The notes beneath the pieces are model-generated. The model saw nothing but the letters and a program-made list of their open reading frames with translations, had not been told where the DNA came from and did not search any database. Shown in pieces: positions 15,901-32,799 of a stretch of DNA of 64,000 bases. A program made the position numbers and the translations under genes. Positions within the stretch are counted from its first letter, which is position 1; each line of letters starts with the position of its first letter. The stretch comes from Eledone cirrhosa. Lineage: Eukaryota. The DNA is taken from the NCBI GenBank assembly GCA_964016885.1, contig OZ024740.1, positions 46,252,001 through 46,316,000 of the forward strand, in the 5' to 3' direction.

Positions 15901-18900
15901 AATGTAATACACACATCTAGGACCACATACAACAGACGAGCAGGTAATACACACATCTAGGACCACATACAACACACGAGAAGGTAATACACACCTCTAA
16001 GACTACATGCAACACACGAGAAGTTAATACACACATCTAGGACCACATACAACACACGAGAAGGTAATACACACATCTAGGACCATATACAACACACGAT
16101 AAGGTAATACTCACATCTAAGAATACATACAACACACGAGAAGGTAATACACACATCTAGGACCATATGCAACACACGAGAAGGTAATACACACATCTAG
16201 GACCAGATACAACACACGAGAAGGTAATACACACATCTAGGACCATATACAACAGACGAGCAGGTAATACACACATCTAGGACCATATACAACACACGAG
16301 AAGGTAATACACACATCTAGGACCACATACAACACACGATAAGGTAATACACACATCTAGGACCATATACAATACATGATAAGGTAATACACACATCTAA
16401 GAATACATACAACACACGAGAAGGTAATACACACATCTAGGACCATATATAACACACAAGAAGGTAATACACACATCTAGGACCGCATACAACACACGAG
16501 AAGGTAATACACACATCTAAGACCACATACAACACACGATAAGGTAATACACACATCTAGAACCATATACAACACACGAGAAGGTAATACACACATCTAG
16601 GACCACATACAACACACGAGAAGGTAATACACACATCTAGAACCATATACAACACACGAGAAGGTAATACACACATCTAGGACCACATACAACACACGAG
16701 AAGGTAATACACACATCTAGGATCACATACAACACACGAGAAGGTAATACACACATCTAAGACCACATACAACACACGAGAAGTTAATACACACATCTAA
16801 GACCATATACAACACACGAGAAGGTAATACACACATCTAGGACCACATACAACACACGATAAGGTAATACACACATTCTAGGACCACATACAACACACGA
16901 GAAGGTAATACACACATCTAGGATCACATACAACACACGAGAAGGTAATACACACATCTAAGACCACATACAACACACGAGAAGGTAATACACACATCTA
17001 AGACCATATACAACACACGAGAAGGTAATACACACATCTAGGACCACATACAACACACGATAAGGTAATACACACATTCTAGGACCACATACAACACACG
17101 AGAAGGTAATACACACATCTAGGACTACAAACAACACACGAGAAGGTAATACACACACCTATGGCCACATAGAACACACGAGAAGGTAATACACACATCT
17201 AGGACCACATACAACACACGAGAAGGTAATACACACATCTAGAACCATATACAACACACGAGAAGGGGGAATACACACATCTAAGACCACATACAACACA
17301 CGAGAATGTAATACACACATCTAGAACCATATACAATACACGAGAAGATAATACACACATCTTGGACCACATACAACACACGAGTAGGTAATACACACAT
17401 CTAGGACCACATACAACACACGATAAGGTAATACACACATCTAAGACGACATACAACACATGAGAATGTAATACACACATCTAGGACCATATGCAACACA
17501 CGAGAAGGTAATACACACATCTAGGACCACATACAACACACGAGAAGGTAATACACACACCTAGGACCATATACAACACACGAGAAGGTAATACACACAT
17601 CTAGGACCACATACAACACACGAGAAGGTAATACACACATCTAGAATCATATACAACACACGAGCAGGTAATACACACATCTAGGACCACATACAACACA
17701 CGAGAAGGTAATACACACATCTAGGACCACATACAACACACGAGAAGGTTATACACACATCTAAAACCATATACAACACACGAGAAGATAATACACACAT
17801 CTAGAACCACATACAACACACGAGCAGATAATACACACATCTAGGACCACATACAACACACGAGAAGGTAATACACACATCTAAGACCATATAAAACACA
17901 CGAGAAGGTAATACACACATCTAGGACCATATACAATACACGAGAAGGTAATACACACATCTAGGACCATATGCAACACACGAGAAGATAATACACACAT
18001 CTAGGACCACATACAACACACAAGAAGGTAATACACACACCTATGGCCACCTAGAACACACGAGAAGGTAATACACACATCTAAGACCACATACAACACA
18101 CGAGAAGGTAATACACACATCTAGGACCACATACAACACACGAGAAGGTAATACACACATCTAAGACAACATACAACACACGAGAAGGTAATACACACAT
18201 CTAAGACTACATACAACTCACGAGAAGGTAATACACACATCTAGGACCACATACAACACACGAGAAGGTAATACACACATCTAGGACCACATACAACACA
18301 CGAGAAGGTAATACACACATCTAGGACCACATACAACACACGAGAAGGTAATACACACATCTTGGACCACATACAACACACGAGAAGGTAATACACACAT
18401 CTAGGATCACATACAACACACGAGAAGGTAATACACACATCTAAGACCACATACAACACACGAGAAGGTAATACACACATCTAAGACTACATACAACTCA
18501 CGAGAAGGTAATACACACATCTAGGACCACATACAACACACGAGAAGGTAATACACACATCTAGGACCACATACAACACACGAGAAGGTAATACACACAT
18601 CTAGGACCACATACAACACACGAGAAGGTAATACACACATCTTGGACGACATACAACACACGAGAAGGTAATACACACATCTAGGACCACATACAACACA
18701 CGAGAAGGTAATACACACATCTAGGACCATATACAACACACGAGAAGGTAATACACACACCTAGGACCATATACAACAGACGAGCAGGTAATACACACAT
18801 CTAGGACCATATACAACACACGATAAGGTAATACACACATCTAAGACTACATACAACACACGAGAAGGTAATACACACATCTAGGACCATATGCAACACA

Positions 18901-19300
18901 CGAGAAGGTAATACACACATCTAGGACCACATACAACACACGAGAAGGTAATACACACACCTAGGACCATATACAACACACGAGAAGGTAATACACACAT
19001 CTAGGACCACATACAACACACGAGAAGGTAATACACACATCTAGGACCACATACAATACACGAGAAGGTAATACACACATCTAGGACCACATACAACACA
19101 CGAGAAGATAATACACACATCTAGGACCACATACAACACACGAGAAGTTAATACACACATCTAGGACCACATACAACACACGATAAGGTAATACACACAT
19201 CTAGGACCATATACAACACACAAGAAGGTAATACACACATCTAGGACCACATACAACAGACGAGCAGGTAATACACACATCTAGGACCACATACAACACA
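12190..19300. repeat. Dispersed block duplication, offset 4766 bp (~12.2-14.5 kb vs ~17.0-19.3 kb)
   Basis: ORF pairs 12192/16958, 12433/17199, 13475/18241 and 13755/18521. Shared variants include ctaaaacc, gagcagat, ggccacctaga and ttggacgac. Confidence 0.8.
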
Positions 19301-22300
19301 CGAGAAGGTAATACACACACCTAGAACCGCATACAACACACGAGAGGGTAATACACACATCTAGGACCACATACAACACACGAGAAGTTAATACACACAT
19401 CTAGGACCATATACAACAGACGAGCAGGTAATACACACATCTAGGACCATATACAACACACGAGAAGGTAATACACACATCTAGGACCACATACAACACA
19501 CGAGAAGGTAATACACACATCTAGGACCATATACAACACACGATAAGGTAATACTCACATCTAAGAATACATACAACACACGAGTAGGTAATACACACAT
19601 CTAGGACCATATGCAACACACGAGAAGGTAATACACACAACTAGGACCACATACAACACACGAGAAGGTAATACACACATCTAGGACCATATACAACAGA
19701 CGAGCAGGGAATACACACATCTAGGACCATATACAACACACGAGAAGGTAATACACACATCTAGGACCACATACAACACACGATAAGGTAATACACACAT
19801 CTAGGACCATATACAATACACGATAAGGTAATACACACATCTAAGAATACATACAACACACGAGAAGGTAATACACACATCTAGGACCATATACAACACA
19901 CAAGAAGGTAATACACACACCTAGGACCGCATACAACACACGAGAATGTAATACACACATCTAAGACCACATACAACACACGATAAGGTAATACACACAT
20001 CTAGAACCATATACAACACACGAGAAGATAATACACACATCTAGGACCACATACAACAGACGAGAAGATAATACACACATCTAGGACCACATACAACACA
20101 CGAGAAGGTAATACACACATCTAAGACCATATACAACACACGAGAAGGTAATACACACATCTAGGACCACATACAACACACGAGAAGGTAATACACACAT
20201 TCTAGGACCACATACAACACACGAGAAGGTAGTACACACATCTAGGACTACAAACAACACACGAGAAGGTAATACACACACCTATGGCTACATACAACAC
20301 ACGAGAAGGTAATACACACATCTAGGAACACATACAACACACGAGAAGGTAATACACACATCTAGAACCATATACAACACACAAGAAGGGAATACACACA
20401 TCTAAGACCACATACAACACACGAGAAGGTAATACACACATCTAGAACCATATACAACACACGAGAAGATAATACACACATCTTGGACCACATACAACAC
20501 ACGAGAAGGTAATACACACATCTAGGACCACATACAACACACGAGAAGGTAAAACACACATCTAGGACCATATACAACTCACGAGAAGGTAATACACACA
20601 CCTAGGACCATATACGACACACGATAAGGTAATACACACATCTAGGACCATATACAACACACGATAAGGTAATACACACATCTAAGACTACATACAACAC
20701 ACGAAAAGGTAATACACACATCTAGGACCATATGCAACACACGAGAAGGTAATACACACATCTAGGACCACATACAACACACGAGAAGATAATACACACA
20801 TCTAGGACCACATACAACACACGAGAAGGTAATACACACATCTAAGACCATATACAACACACGAGAAGGTAATACACACATCTAGGACCACATACAACAC
20901 ACGAGAAGGTAATACACACATTCTAGGACCACATACAACACACGAGAAGGTAATACACACATCTAGGACTACAAACAACACACGAGAAGGTAATACACAC
21001 ACCTATGGCCACATACAACACACGAGAAGGTAATACACACATCTAGGACCACATACAACACACGAGAAGGTAATACACACATCTAAGAATACATACAACT
21101 CACGAGAAGGTAATACACACATCTAGGACCATATACAACACACAAAAATGTAATACACACACCTAGGACCGCATACAACACACGAGAAGGTAATACACAC
21201 ATCTAGAACCATATACAACACACGAGAAGGGAATAGACACATCTAAGACCACATACAACACACGAGAAGGTAATACACACATCTAGAACCATATACAACA
21301 CACGAGAAGATAATACACACATCTTGGACCACATACAACACACAAGAAGGTAATACACACATCTAGGACCACATACAACACACGAGAAGGTAAAACACAT
21401 ATCTAGGACCATATACAACACACGAGAAGGTAATACACACACCTAGGACCATATACAACAGACGAGCAGGTAATACACACATCTAGGACCATATACAACA
21501 CACGATAAGGTAATACACACATCGAGGACTGCAAACAACACACGAGAAGGTAATACACACACCTATGGCCACATACAACACACGAGAAGGTAATACACAC
21601 ATCTAGGACCACATACAACACACGAGAAGGTAATACACGCATCTAAGAATACATACAACACACGAGAAGGTAATACACACATCTAGGACCATATACAACA
21701 CACAAGAAGGTAATACACACACCTAGGACCATATACAACACACGAGAAGGTAATACACACACCTAGGACCATATACAACACACGAGAAGGTAATACACAC
21801 ATTCTAGGACCACATACAACACACGAGAAGGTAATACACACATCTAGGAATACAAACAACACACGAGAAGGTAATAGACACACCTATGGCCACATACAAT
21901 ACACGAGAAGGTTATACACACATCTAGGACCACATACAACACACGAGAAGGTAATACACACATCTAAGAATACATACAACACACGAGAAGGTAATACACA
22001 CATCTAGGACCATAGACAACACACAAGAAGGTAATACACACACCTAGGACCGCATACAACACACGAGAAGGTAATACACACATCTAGAACCATATACAAC
22101 ACACGAGAAGGGAATACACACATCTAAGACCACATACAACACACGAGAAGGTAATACACACATCTAGAACCATATACAACACACGAGAAGATAATACACA
22201 CATCTTGGACCACATACAACACACGAGAAGGTAATACACACATCTAGGACCACATACAACACACGAGAAGGTAAAACACACATCTAGGACCATATACAAC

Positions 22301-25300
22301 ACACGAGAAGGTAATACACACACCTAGGACCATATACAACAGACGAGCATGTAATACACACATCTAGGACCATATACAACACACGATAAGGTAATACACA
22401 CACCTATGGCCCCACCTAGAACACACGAGAAGGTAATACACACATCTAAGACCACATACAACACACGAGAAGGTAATACACACATCTAGAACCATATACA
22501 ACACACGAGAAGGTAATACACACATCTAAAACCATATACAACACACGAGAAGGTAATACACACATCTAGGACCACATACAACACACGAGAAGGTAATACA
22601 CACACCTATGGCTACATAGAACACACGAGAAGGTAATACACACATCTAAGACAACATACAACACACGAGAAGGTAATACACACATCTAGAACCATATACA
22701 ACACACGAGAAGATAATACACACATCTAGGACCACATACAACACACGAGAAGGTAATACACACATCTAGGACCATATACAATACACGAGAAGGTAATACA
22801 CACATCTAGGACCATATGCAACACACGAGAAGATAATACACACATCTAGGACCACATACAACACACAAGAAGGTAATACACACACCTATGGCCACCTAGA
22901 ACACACGAGAAGGTAATACACACATCTAAGACCACATACAACACACGACAAGGTAATACACACATCTAGGACCACATACAACACACGAGAAGGTAATACA
23001 CACATCTAAGACAACATACAACACACGAGAAGGTAATACACACATCTAAGACTACATACAACTCACGAGAAGGTAATACACACATCTAGGACCACATACA
23101 ACACACGAGAAGGTAATACACACATCTAGGACCACATACAACACACGAGAAGGTAATACACACATCTAGAACCATATACAACACACGAGAAGATAATACA
23201 CACATCTTGGACCACATACAACACACGAGAAGGTAATACACACATCTAGGACCACATACAACACACGAGAAGGTAAAACACACATCTAGGACCATATACA
23301 ACACACGAGAAGGTAATACACACACCTAGGACCATATACAACAGACGAGCATGTAATACACACATCTAGGACCATATACAACACACGATAAGGTAATACA
23401 CACACCTATGGCCCCACCTAGAACACACGAGAAGGTAATACACACATCTAAGACCACATACAACACACGAGAAGGTAATACACACATCTAGAACCATATA
23501 CAACACACGAGAAGGTAATACATACATCTAAAACCATATACAACACACGAGAAGGTAATACACACATCTAGGACCACATACAACACACGAGAAGGTAATA
23601 CACACACCTATGGCTACATAGAACACACGAGAAGGTAATACACACATCTAAGACAACATACAACACACGAGAAGGTAATACACACATCTAGGACCACATA
23701 CAACACACGAGAAGGTAATACACACATCTAGGACCACATACAACACACGAGAAGGTAATACACACATCTAGGATCACATACAACACACGAGAAGGTAATA
23801 CACACATCTAAGACCACATACAACACACGAGAAGGTAATACACACATCTAAGACTACATACAACTCACGAGAAGGTAATACACACATCTAGGACCACATA
23901 CAACACACGAGAAGGTAATACACACATCTAGGACCACATACAACACACGAGAAGGTAATACACACATCTAGGACCACATACAACACACGAGAAGGTAATA
24001 CACACATCTTGGACGACATACAACACACGAGAAGGTAATACACACATCTAGGACCACATACAACACACGAGAAGGTAATACACACATCTAGGACCATATA
24101 CAACACACGAGAAGGTAATACACACACCTAGGACCATATACAACAGACGAGCAGGTAATACACACATCTAGGACCATATACAACACACGATAAGGTAATA
24201 CACACATCTAAGACTACATACAACACACGAGAAGGTAATACACACATCTAGGACCATATGCAACACACGAGAAGGTAATACACACATCTAGGACCACATA
24301 CAACACACGAGAAGGTAATACACACACCTAGGACCATATACAACACACGAGAAGGTAATACACACATCTAGGACCACATACAACACACGAGAAGGTAATA
24401 CACACATCTAGGACCACATACAATACACGAGAAGGTAATACACACATCTAGGACCACATACAACACACAAGAAGGTAATACACACATCTAGGACCACATA
24501 CAACACACGAGAAGGTAATACACACACCTAGAACCGCATACAACACACGAGAGGGTAATACACACATCTAGGACCACATACAACACACGAGAAGTTAATA
24601 CACACATCTAGGACCATATACAACAGACGAGCAGGTAATACACACATCTAGGACCATATACAACACACGAGAAGGTAATACACACATCTAGGACCACATA
24701 CAACACACGAGAAGGTAATACACACATCTAGGACCATATACAACACACGATAAGGTAATACTCACATCTAAGAATACATACAACACACGAGTAGGTAATA
24801 CACACATCTAGGACCATATGCAACACACGAGAAGGTAATACACACAACTAGGACCACATACAACACACGAGAAGGTAATACACACATCTAGGACCATATA
24901 CAACAGACGAGCAGGGAATACACACATCTAGGACCATATACAACACACGAGAAGGTAATACACACATCTAGGACCACATACAACACACGATAAGGTAATA
25001 CACACATCTAGGACCATATACAATACACGATAAGGTAATACACACATCTAAGAATACATACAACACACGAGAAGGTAATACACACATCTAGGACCATATA
25101 CAACACACAAGAAGGTAATACACACACCTAGGACCGCATACAACACACGAGAATGTAATACACACATCTAAGACCACATACAACACACGATAAGGTAATA
25201 CACACATCTAGAACCATATACAACACACGAGAAGATAATACACACATCTAGGACCACATACAACAGACGAGAAGATAATACACACATCTAGGACCACATA

Positions 25301-28300
25301 CAACACACGAGAAGGTAATACACACATCTAAGACCATATACAACACACGAGAAGGTAATACACACATCTAGGACCACATACAACACACGAGAAGGTAATA
25401 CATACATTCTAGGACCACATACAACACACGAGAAGGTAGTACACACATCTAGGACTACAAACAACACACGAGAAGGTAATACACACACCTATGGCTACAT
25501 ACAACACACGAGAAGGTAATACACACATCTAGGAACACATACAACACACGAGAAGGTAATACACACATCTAGAACCATATACAACACACAAGAAGGGAAT
25601 ACACACATCTAAGACCACATACAACACACGAGAAGGTAATACACACATCTAGAACCATATACAACACACGAGAAGATAATACACACATCTTGGACCACAT
25701 ACAACACACGAGAAGGTAATACACACATCTAGGACCACATACAACACACGAGAAGGTAAAACACACATCTAGGACCATATACAACTCACGAGAAGGTAAT
25801 ACACACACCTAGGACCATATACGACACACGATAAGGTAATACACACATCTAGGACCATATACAACACACGATAAGGTAATACACACATCTAAGACTACAT
25901 ACAACACACGAAAAGGTAATACACACATCTAGGACCATATGCAACACACGAGAAGGTAATACACACATCTAGGACCACATACAACACACGAGAAGATAAT
26001 ACACACATCTAGGACCACATACAACACACGAGAAGGTAATACACACATCTAAGACCATATACAACACACGAGAAGGTAATACACACATCTAGGACCACAT
26101 ACAACACACGAGAAGGTAATACACACATTCTAGGACCACATACAACACACGAGAAGGTAATACACACATCTAGGACTACAAACAACACACGAGAAGGTAA
26201 TACACACACCTATGGCCACATACAACACACGAGAAGGTAATACACACATCTAGGACCACATACAACACACGAGAAGGTAATACACACATCTAAGAATACA
26301 TACAACTCACGAGAAGGTAATACACACATCTAGGACCATATACAACACACAAGAATGTAATACACACACCTAGGACCGCATACAACACACGAGAAGGTAA
26401 TACACACATCTAGAACCATATACAACACACGAGAAGGGAATAGACACATCTAAGACCACATACAACACACGAGAAGGTAATACACACATCTAGAACCATA
26501 TACAACACACGAGAAGATAATACACACATCTTGGACCACATACAACACACAAGAAGGTAATACACACATCTAGGACCACATACAACACACGAGAAGGTAA
26601 AACACATATCTAGGACCATATACAACACACGAGAAGGTAATACACACACCTAGGACCATATACAACAGACGAGCAGGTAATACACACATCTAGGACCATA
26701 TACAACACACGATAAGGTAATACACACATCGAGGACTGCAAACAACACACGAGAAGGTAATACACACACCTATGGCCACATACAACACACGAGAAGGTAA
26801 TACACACATCTAGGACCACATACAACACACGAGAAGGTAATACACGCATCTAAGAATACATACAACACACGAGAAGGTAATACACACATCTAGGACCATA
26901 TACAACACACAAGAAGGTAATACACACACCTAGGACCATATACAACACACGAGAAGGTAATACACACACCTAGGACCATATACAACACACGAGAAGGTAA
27001 TACACACATTCTAGGACCACATACAACACACGAGAAGGTAATACACACATCTAGGAATACAAACAACACACGAGAAGGTAATAGACACACCTATGGCCAC
27101 ATACAATACACGAGAAGGTTATACACACATCTAGGACCACATACAACACACGAGAAGGTAATACACACATCTAAGAATACATACAACACACGAGAAGGTA
27201 ATACACACATCTAGGACCATAGACAACACACAAGAAGGTAATACACACACCTAGGACCGCATACAACACACGAGAAGGTAATACACACATCTAGAACCAT
27301 ATACAACACACGAGAAGGGAATACACACATCTAAGACCACATACAACACACGAGAAGGTAATACACACATCTAGAACCATATACAACACACGAGAAGATA
27401 ATACACACATCTTGGACCACATACAACACACGAGAAGGTAATACACACATCTAGGACCACATACAACACACGAGAAGGTAAAACACACATCTAGGACCAT
27501 ATACAACACACGAGAAGGTAATACACACACCTAGGACCATATACAACAGACGAGCATGTAATACACACATCTAGGACCATATACAACACACGATAAGGTA
27601 ATACACACACCTATGGCCCCACCTAGAACACACGAGAAGGTAATACACACATCTAAGACCACATACAACACACGAGAAGGTAATACACACATCTAGAACC
27701 ATATACAACACACGAGAAGGTAATACACACATCTAAAACCATATACAACACACGAGAAGGTAATACACACATCTAGGACCACATACAACACACGAGAAGG
27801 TAATACACACACCTATGGCTACATAGAACACACGAGAAGGTAATACACACATCTAAGACAACATACAACACACGAGAAGGTAATACACACATCTAGAACC
27901 ATATACAACACACGAGAAGATAATACACACATCTAGGACCACATACAACACAGGAGAAGATAATACACACATCTAGGACCACATACAAGACACGAGAAGG
28001 TAATACACACATCTAAGACCATATACAACACACGAGAAGGTAATACACACATCTAGGACCACATACAACACACGAGAAGGTAATACACACATCTAGGATC
28101 ACATACAACACACGAGAAGGTAATACACACATCTAAGACCACATACAACACACGAGAAGGTAATACACACATCTAAGACTACATACAACTCACGAGAAGG
28201 TAATACACACATCTAGGACCACATACAACACACGAGAAGGTAATACACACATCTAGGACCACATACAACACACTAGAAGGTAATACACACATCTTGGACC

Positions 28301-30750
28301 ACATACAACACACGAGAAGGTAATACACACATCTAGGACCACATACAACACACGAGAAGGTAATACACACATCTAGGACCATATACAACACACGAGAAGG
28401 TAATACACACACCTAGGACCATATACAACAGACGAGCAGGTAATACACACATCTAGGACCATATACAACACACGATAAGGTAATACACACATCTAAGACT
28501 ACATACAACACACGAGAAGGTAATACACACATCTAGGACCATATGCAACACACGAGAAGGTAATACACACATCTAGGACCACATACAACACACGAGAAGG
28601 TAATACACACACCTAGGCCCATATACAACACACGAGAAGGTAATACACACATCTAGGACCACATACAACACACGAGAAGGTAATACACATATCTAGAAAC
28701 ATATACAACACACGAGCACGTAATACACACATCTAGGACCACATACAACACACGAGAAGGTAATACACACATCTAGGACCACATACAATACACGAGAAGG
28801 TAATACACACATCTAGGACCACATACAACACACGAGAAGATAATACACACATCTAGGACCACATACAACACACGATAAGGTAATACACACATCTAGAACC
28901 ATATACAACACACGAGAAGATAATACACACATCTAGGACCACATACAACAGACGAGAAGATAATACACACATCCAGGACCACATACAACACACGAGAAGG
29001 TAATACACACATCTAAGACCATATACAACACACGAGAAGGTAATACACACATCTAGGACCACATACAACACACGAGAAGGTAATACATACATTCTAGGAC
29101 CACATACAACACACGAGAAGGTAGTACACACATCTAGGACTACAAACAACACACGAGAAGGTAATACACACACCTATGGCTACATACAACACACGAGAAG
29201 GTAATACACACATCTAGGAACACATACAACACACGAGAAGGTAATACACACATCTAGAACCATATACAACACACAAGAAGGGAATACACACATCTAAGAC
29301 CACATACAACACACGAGAAGGTAATACACACATCTAGAACCATATACAACACACGAGAAGATAATACACACATCTTGGACCACATACAACACACGAGAAG
29401 GTAATACACACATCTAGGACCACATACAACACACGAGAAGGTAAAACACACATCTAGGACCATATACAACTCACGAGAAGGTAATACACACACCTAGGAC
29501 CATATACGACACACGATAAGGTAATACACACATCTAGGACCATATACAACACACGATAAGGTAATACACACATCTAAGACTACATACAACACACGAAAAG
29601 GTAATACACACATCTAGGACCATATGCAACACACGAGAAGGTAATACACACATCTAGGACCACATACAACACACGAGAAGATAATACACACATCTAGGAC
29701 CACATACAACACACGAGAAGGTAATACACACATCTAAGACCATATACAACACACGAGAAGGTAATACACACATCTAGGACCACATACAACACACGAGAAG
29801 GTAATACACACATTCTAGGACCACATACAACACACGAGAAGGTAATACACACATCTAGGACTACAAACAACACACGAGAAGGTAATACACACACCTATGG
29901 CCACATACAACACACGAGAAGGTAATACACACATCTAGGACCACATACAACACCCGAGAAGGTAATACACACATCTAAGAATACATACAACTCACGAGAA
30001 GGTAATACACACATCTAGGACCATATACAACACACAAGAATGTAATACACACACCTAGGACCGCATACAACACACGAGAAGGTAATACACACATCTAGAA
30101 CCATATACAACACACGAGAAGGGAATAGACACATCTAAGACCACATACAACACACGAGAAGGTAATACACACATCTAGAACCATATACAACACACGAGAA
30201 GATAATACACAGATCTTGGACCACATACAACACACAAGAAGGTAATACACACATCTAGGACCACATACAACACACGAGAAGGTAAAACACATATCTAGGA
30301 CCATATACAACACACGAGAAGGTAATACACACACCTAGGACCATATACAACAGACGAGCAGGTAATACACACATCTAGGACCATATACAACACACGATAA
30401 GGTAATACACACATCTAGGACTACAATCAACACACGAGAAGGTAATACACACACCTATGGCCACATACAACACAAGAGAAGGTAATACACACATCTAGGA
30501 CCACATACAACACACGAGAATGTAATACACGCATCTAAGAATACATACAACACACGAGAAGGTAATACACACATCTAGGACCATATACAACACACAAGAA
30601 GGTAATACACAAACCTAGGACCATATACAACACACGAGAAGGTAATACACACACCTAGGACCATATACAACACACGAGAAGGTAATACACACATTCTAGG
30701 ACCACATACAACACACGAGAAGGTAATACACACATCTAGGAATACAAACA
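19250..30750. repeat. Triplicated block, offsets 5207 bp and 3685 bp
   Basis: Seven ORF pairs are offset by 5207 (20081/25288 through 22084/27291) and four by 3685 (25569/29254 through 26890/30575). The rare variant ggtagtac appears at about 20228, 25435 and 29120. Confidence 0.88.
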
Positions 30751-32799
30751 ACACACAAGAAGGTAATACACACATCTAGGACCAGATACAACACACGAGA
30801 AGATAATACACACATCTAGGACCACATACAACACACGAGAAGGTAATACACACATCTAAGACTACATACAACACACGAGTAGGTAATACACACATCTAGG
30901 ACCACATACAACACACGATAAGGTAATACACACATCTAGGACCATATACAACTCACGAGAAGGTAATACACACATCTAGGACCATATGCAACACACGAGA
31001 AGGTAATACACACATCTAGGACCACATACAACACACGAGAAGGTAATACACACACCTATGGCCACATACAACTCACGAGAAGGTAATACACACATCTAAG
31101 ACCACATACAACACACGAGAAGGTAATACACACATCTAGAACCATATATAACACACGAGAAGATAATACACACATCTAGGACCACATACAACACACGAGA
31201 AGATAATACACACATCTAGGACCACATACAACACACGAGAAGTTAATACACACATCTAGGACCATATACAACAGACGAGCAGGTAATACACACATCTAGG
31301 ACCATATACAACACACGAGAAGGTAATACACACATCTAAGACTACATACAACACACGAGAAGGTAATACACACATCTAGGACCACATACAACACACGATA
31401 AGGTAATACACAGATCTAAGACCATATACAACACACGAGAAGGTAATACACACATCTAGGACCATATACAACACACGAGTAGATAATACACACATCTAGG
31501 ACCACATACAACACACGATAAGGTAATACACACATCTAGGACCATATACAACACACGAGATGGTAATACACATATCTAGGACCATATACAACACACGAGA
31601 AGGTAATACACACATCTAGGACCACATACAACACACGAGAAGGTAATACACACATCTAGGACGATATACAACAGACGATAAGGTAATACACACATCTAGG
31701 ACCACATACAACACACAAGAAGGTAATACACACATCTAGGACCACATACAACACACGAGAAGATAATACACACATCTAGGACCACATACAACACACGAGA
31801 AGGTAATACACACATCTAAGACTACATACAACACACGAGAAGGTAATACACACATCTAGGACCACATACAACACACGAGAAGGTAATACACATATCTAGG
31901 ACCACATACAACACACGATAAGGTAATACACACATCTAGGACCATATACGACACACGATAAGGTAATACACACATCTAAGACTACATACAACACACGAGA
32001 AGGTAATACACACATCTAGGACCACATACAACACACGATAAGGTAATACACATATCTAGGACCATATACAACACACGAGAAGGTAATACACACATCTAGG
32101 ACCATATGCAACACACGAGAAGGTAATACACACATCTAGGACCACATACAACACACGAGAAAGTAATACACACATCTATGGCCACATACAACATACGAGA
32201 AGGTAATACACACATCTAAGACAACATACAACACACGAGAAGGTAATACACACATCTAGAACCATATACAACACACGAGAAGATAATACACACATCTAGG
32301 ACCACATACAACACACGAGAAGATAATACACACATCTAGGACCACATACAACACACGAGAATGTAATACACACATCTAAGACCATATGCAACACACGAGA
32401 AGGTAATACACACATCTAGGACCACATACAACACACGAGAAGGTAATACACACATCTAGGACCACATACAAAACACGAGAAGGTAATACACACATCTAAG
32501 ACCATATACAAAACACGAGAATGTAATACACACATCTAGGACCACATACAACACATGAGAAGGTAATACACACATCTAAGAGCATATACAACACACCATA
32601 AGGTAATACACACATCTAAGACCATATACAACACACGAGATGGTAATACACACATCTAGGACCACATACGACACACGAGAAGGTAATACACACATCTAGG
32701 ACCATATACAACACACGAGCCGGTAATACACACGCCTAGGACCATATACAACAGACGATCAGGTAATACACACATCTAGGACCATATACAACACACGAG

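Larger units (their letters stand above)
1..30750. repeat. Left sub-array (variant subfamily A)
   Basis: Diagnostic variants that I saw only here: a +T insertion 'attctagg' (15 sites, 5101-30693), +GG 'gaagggggaat' (6 sites), 'ggactacaaac', 'ggaccgcatac', 'taagaatacat' and +CC 'ggccccacctag'. Confidence 0.85.
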
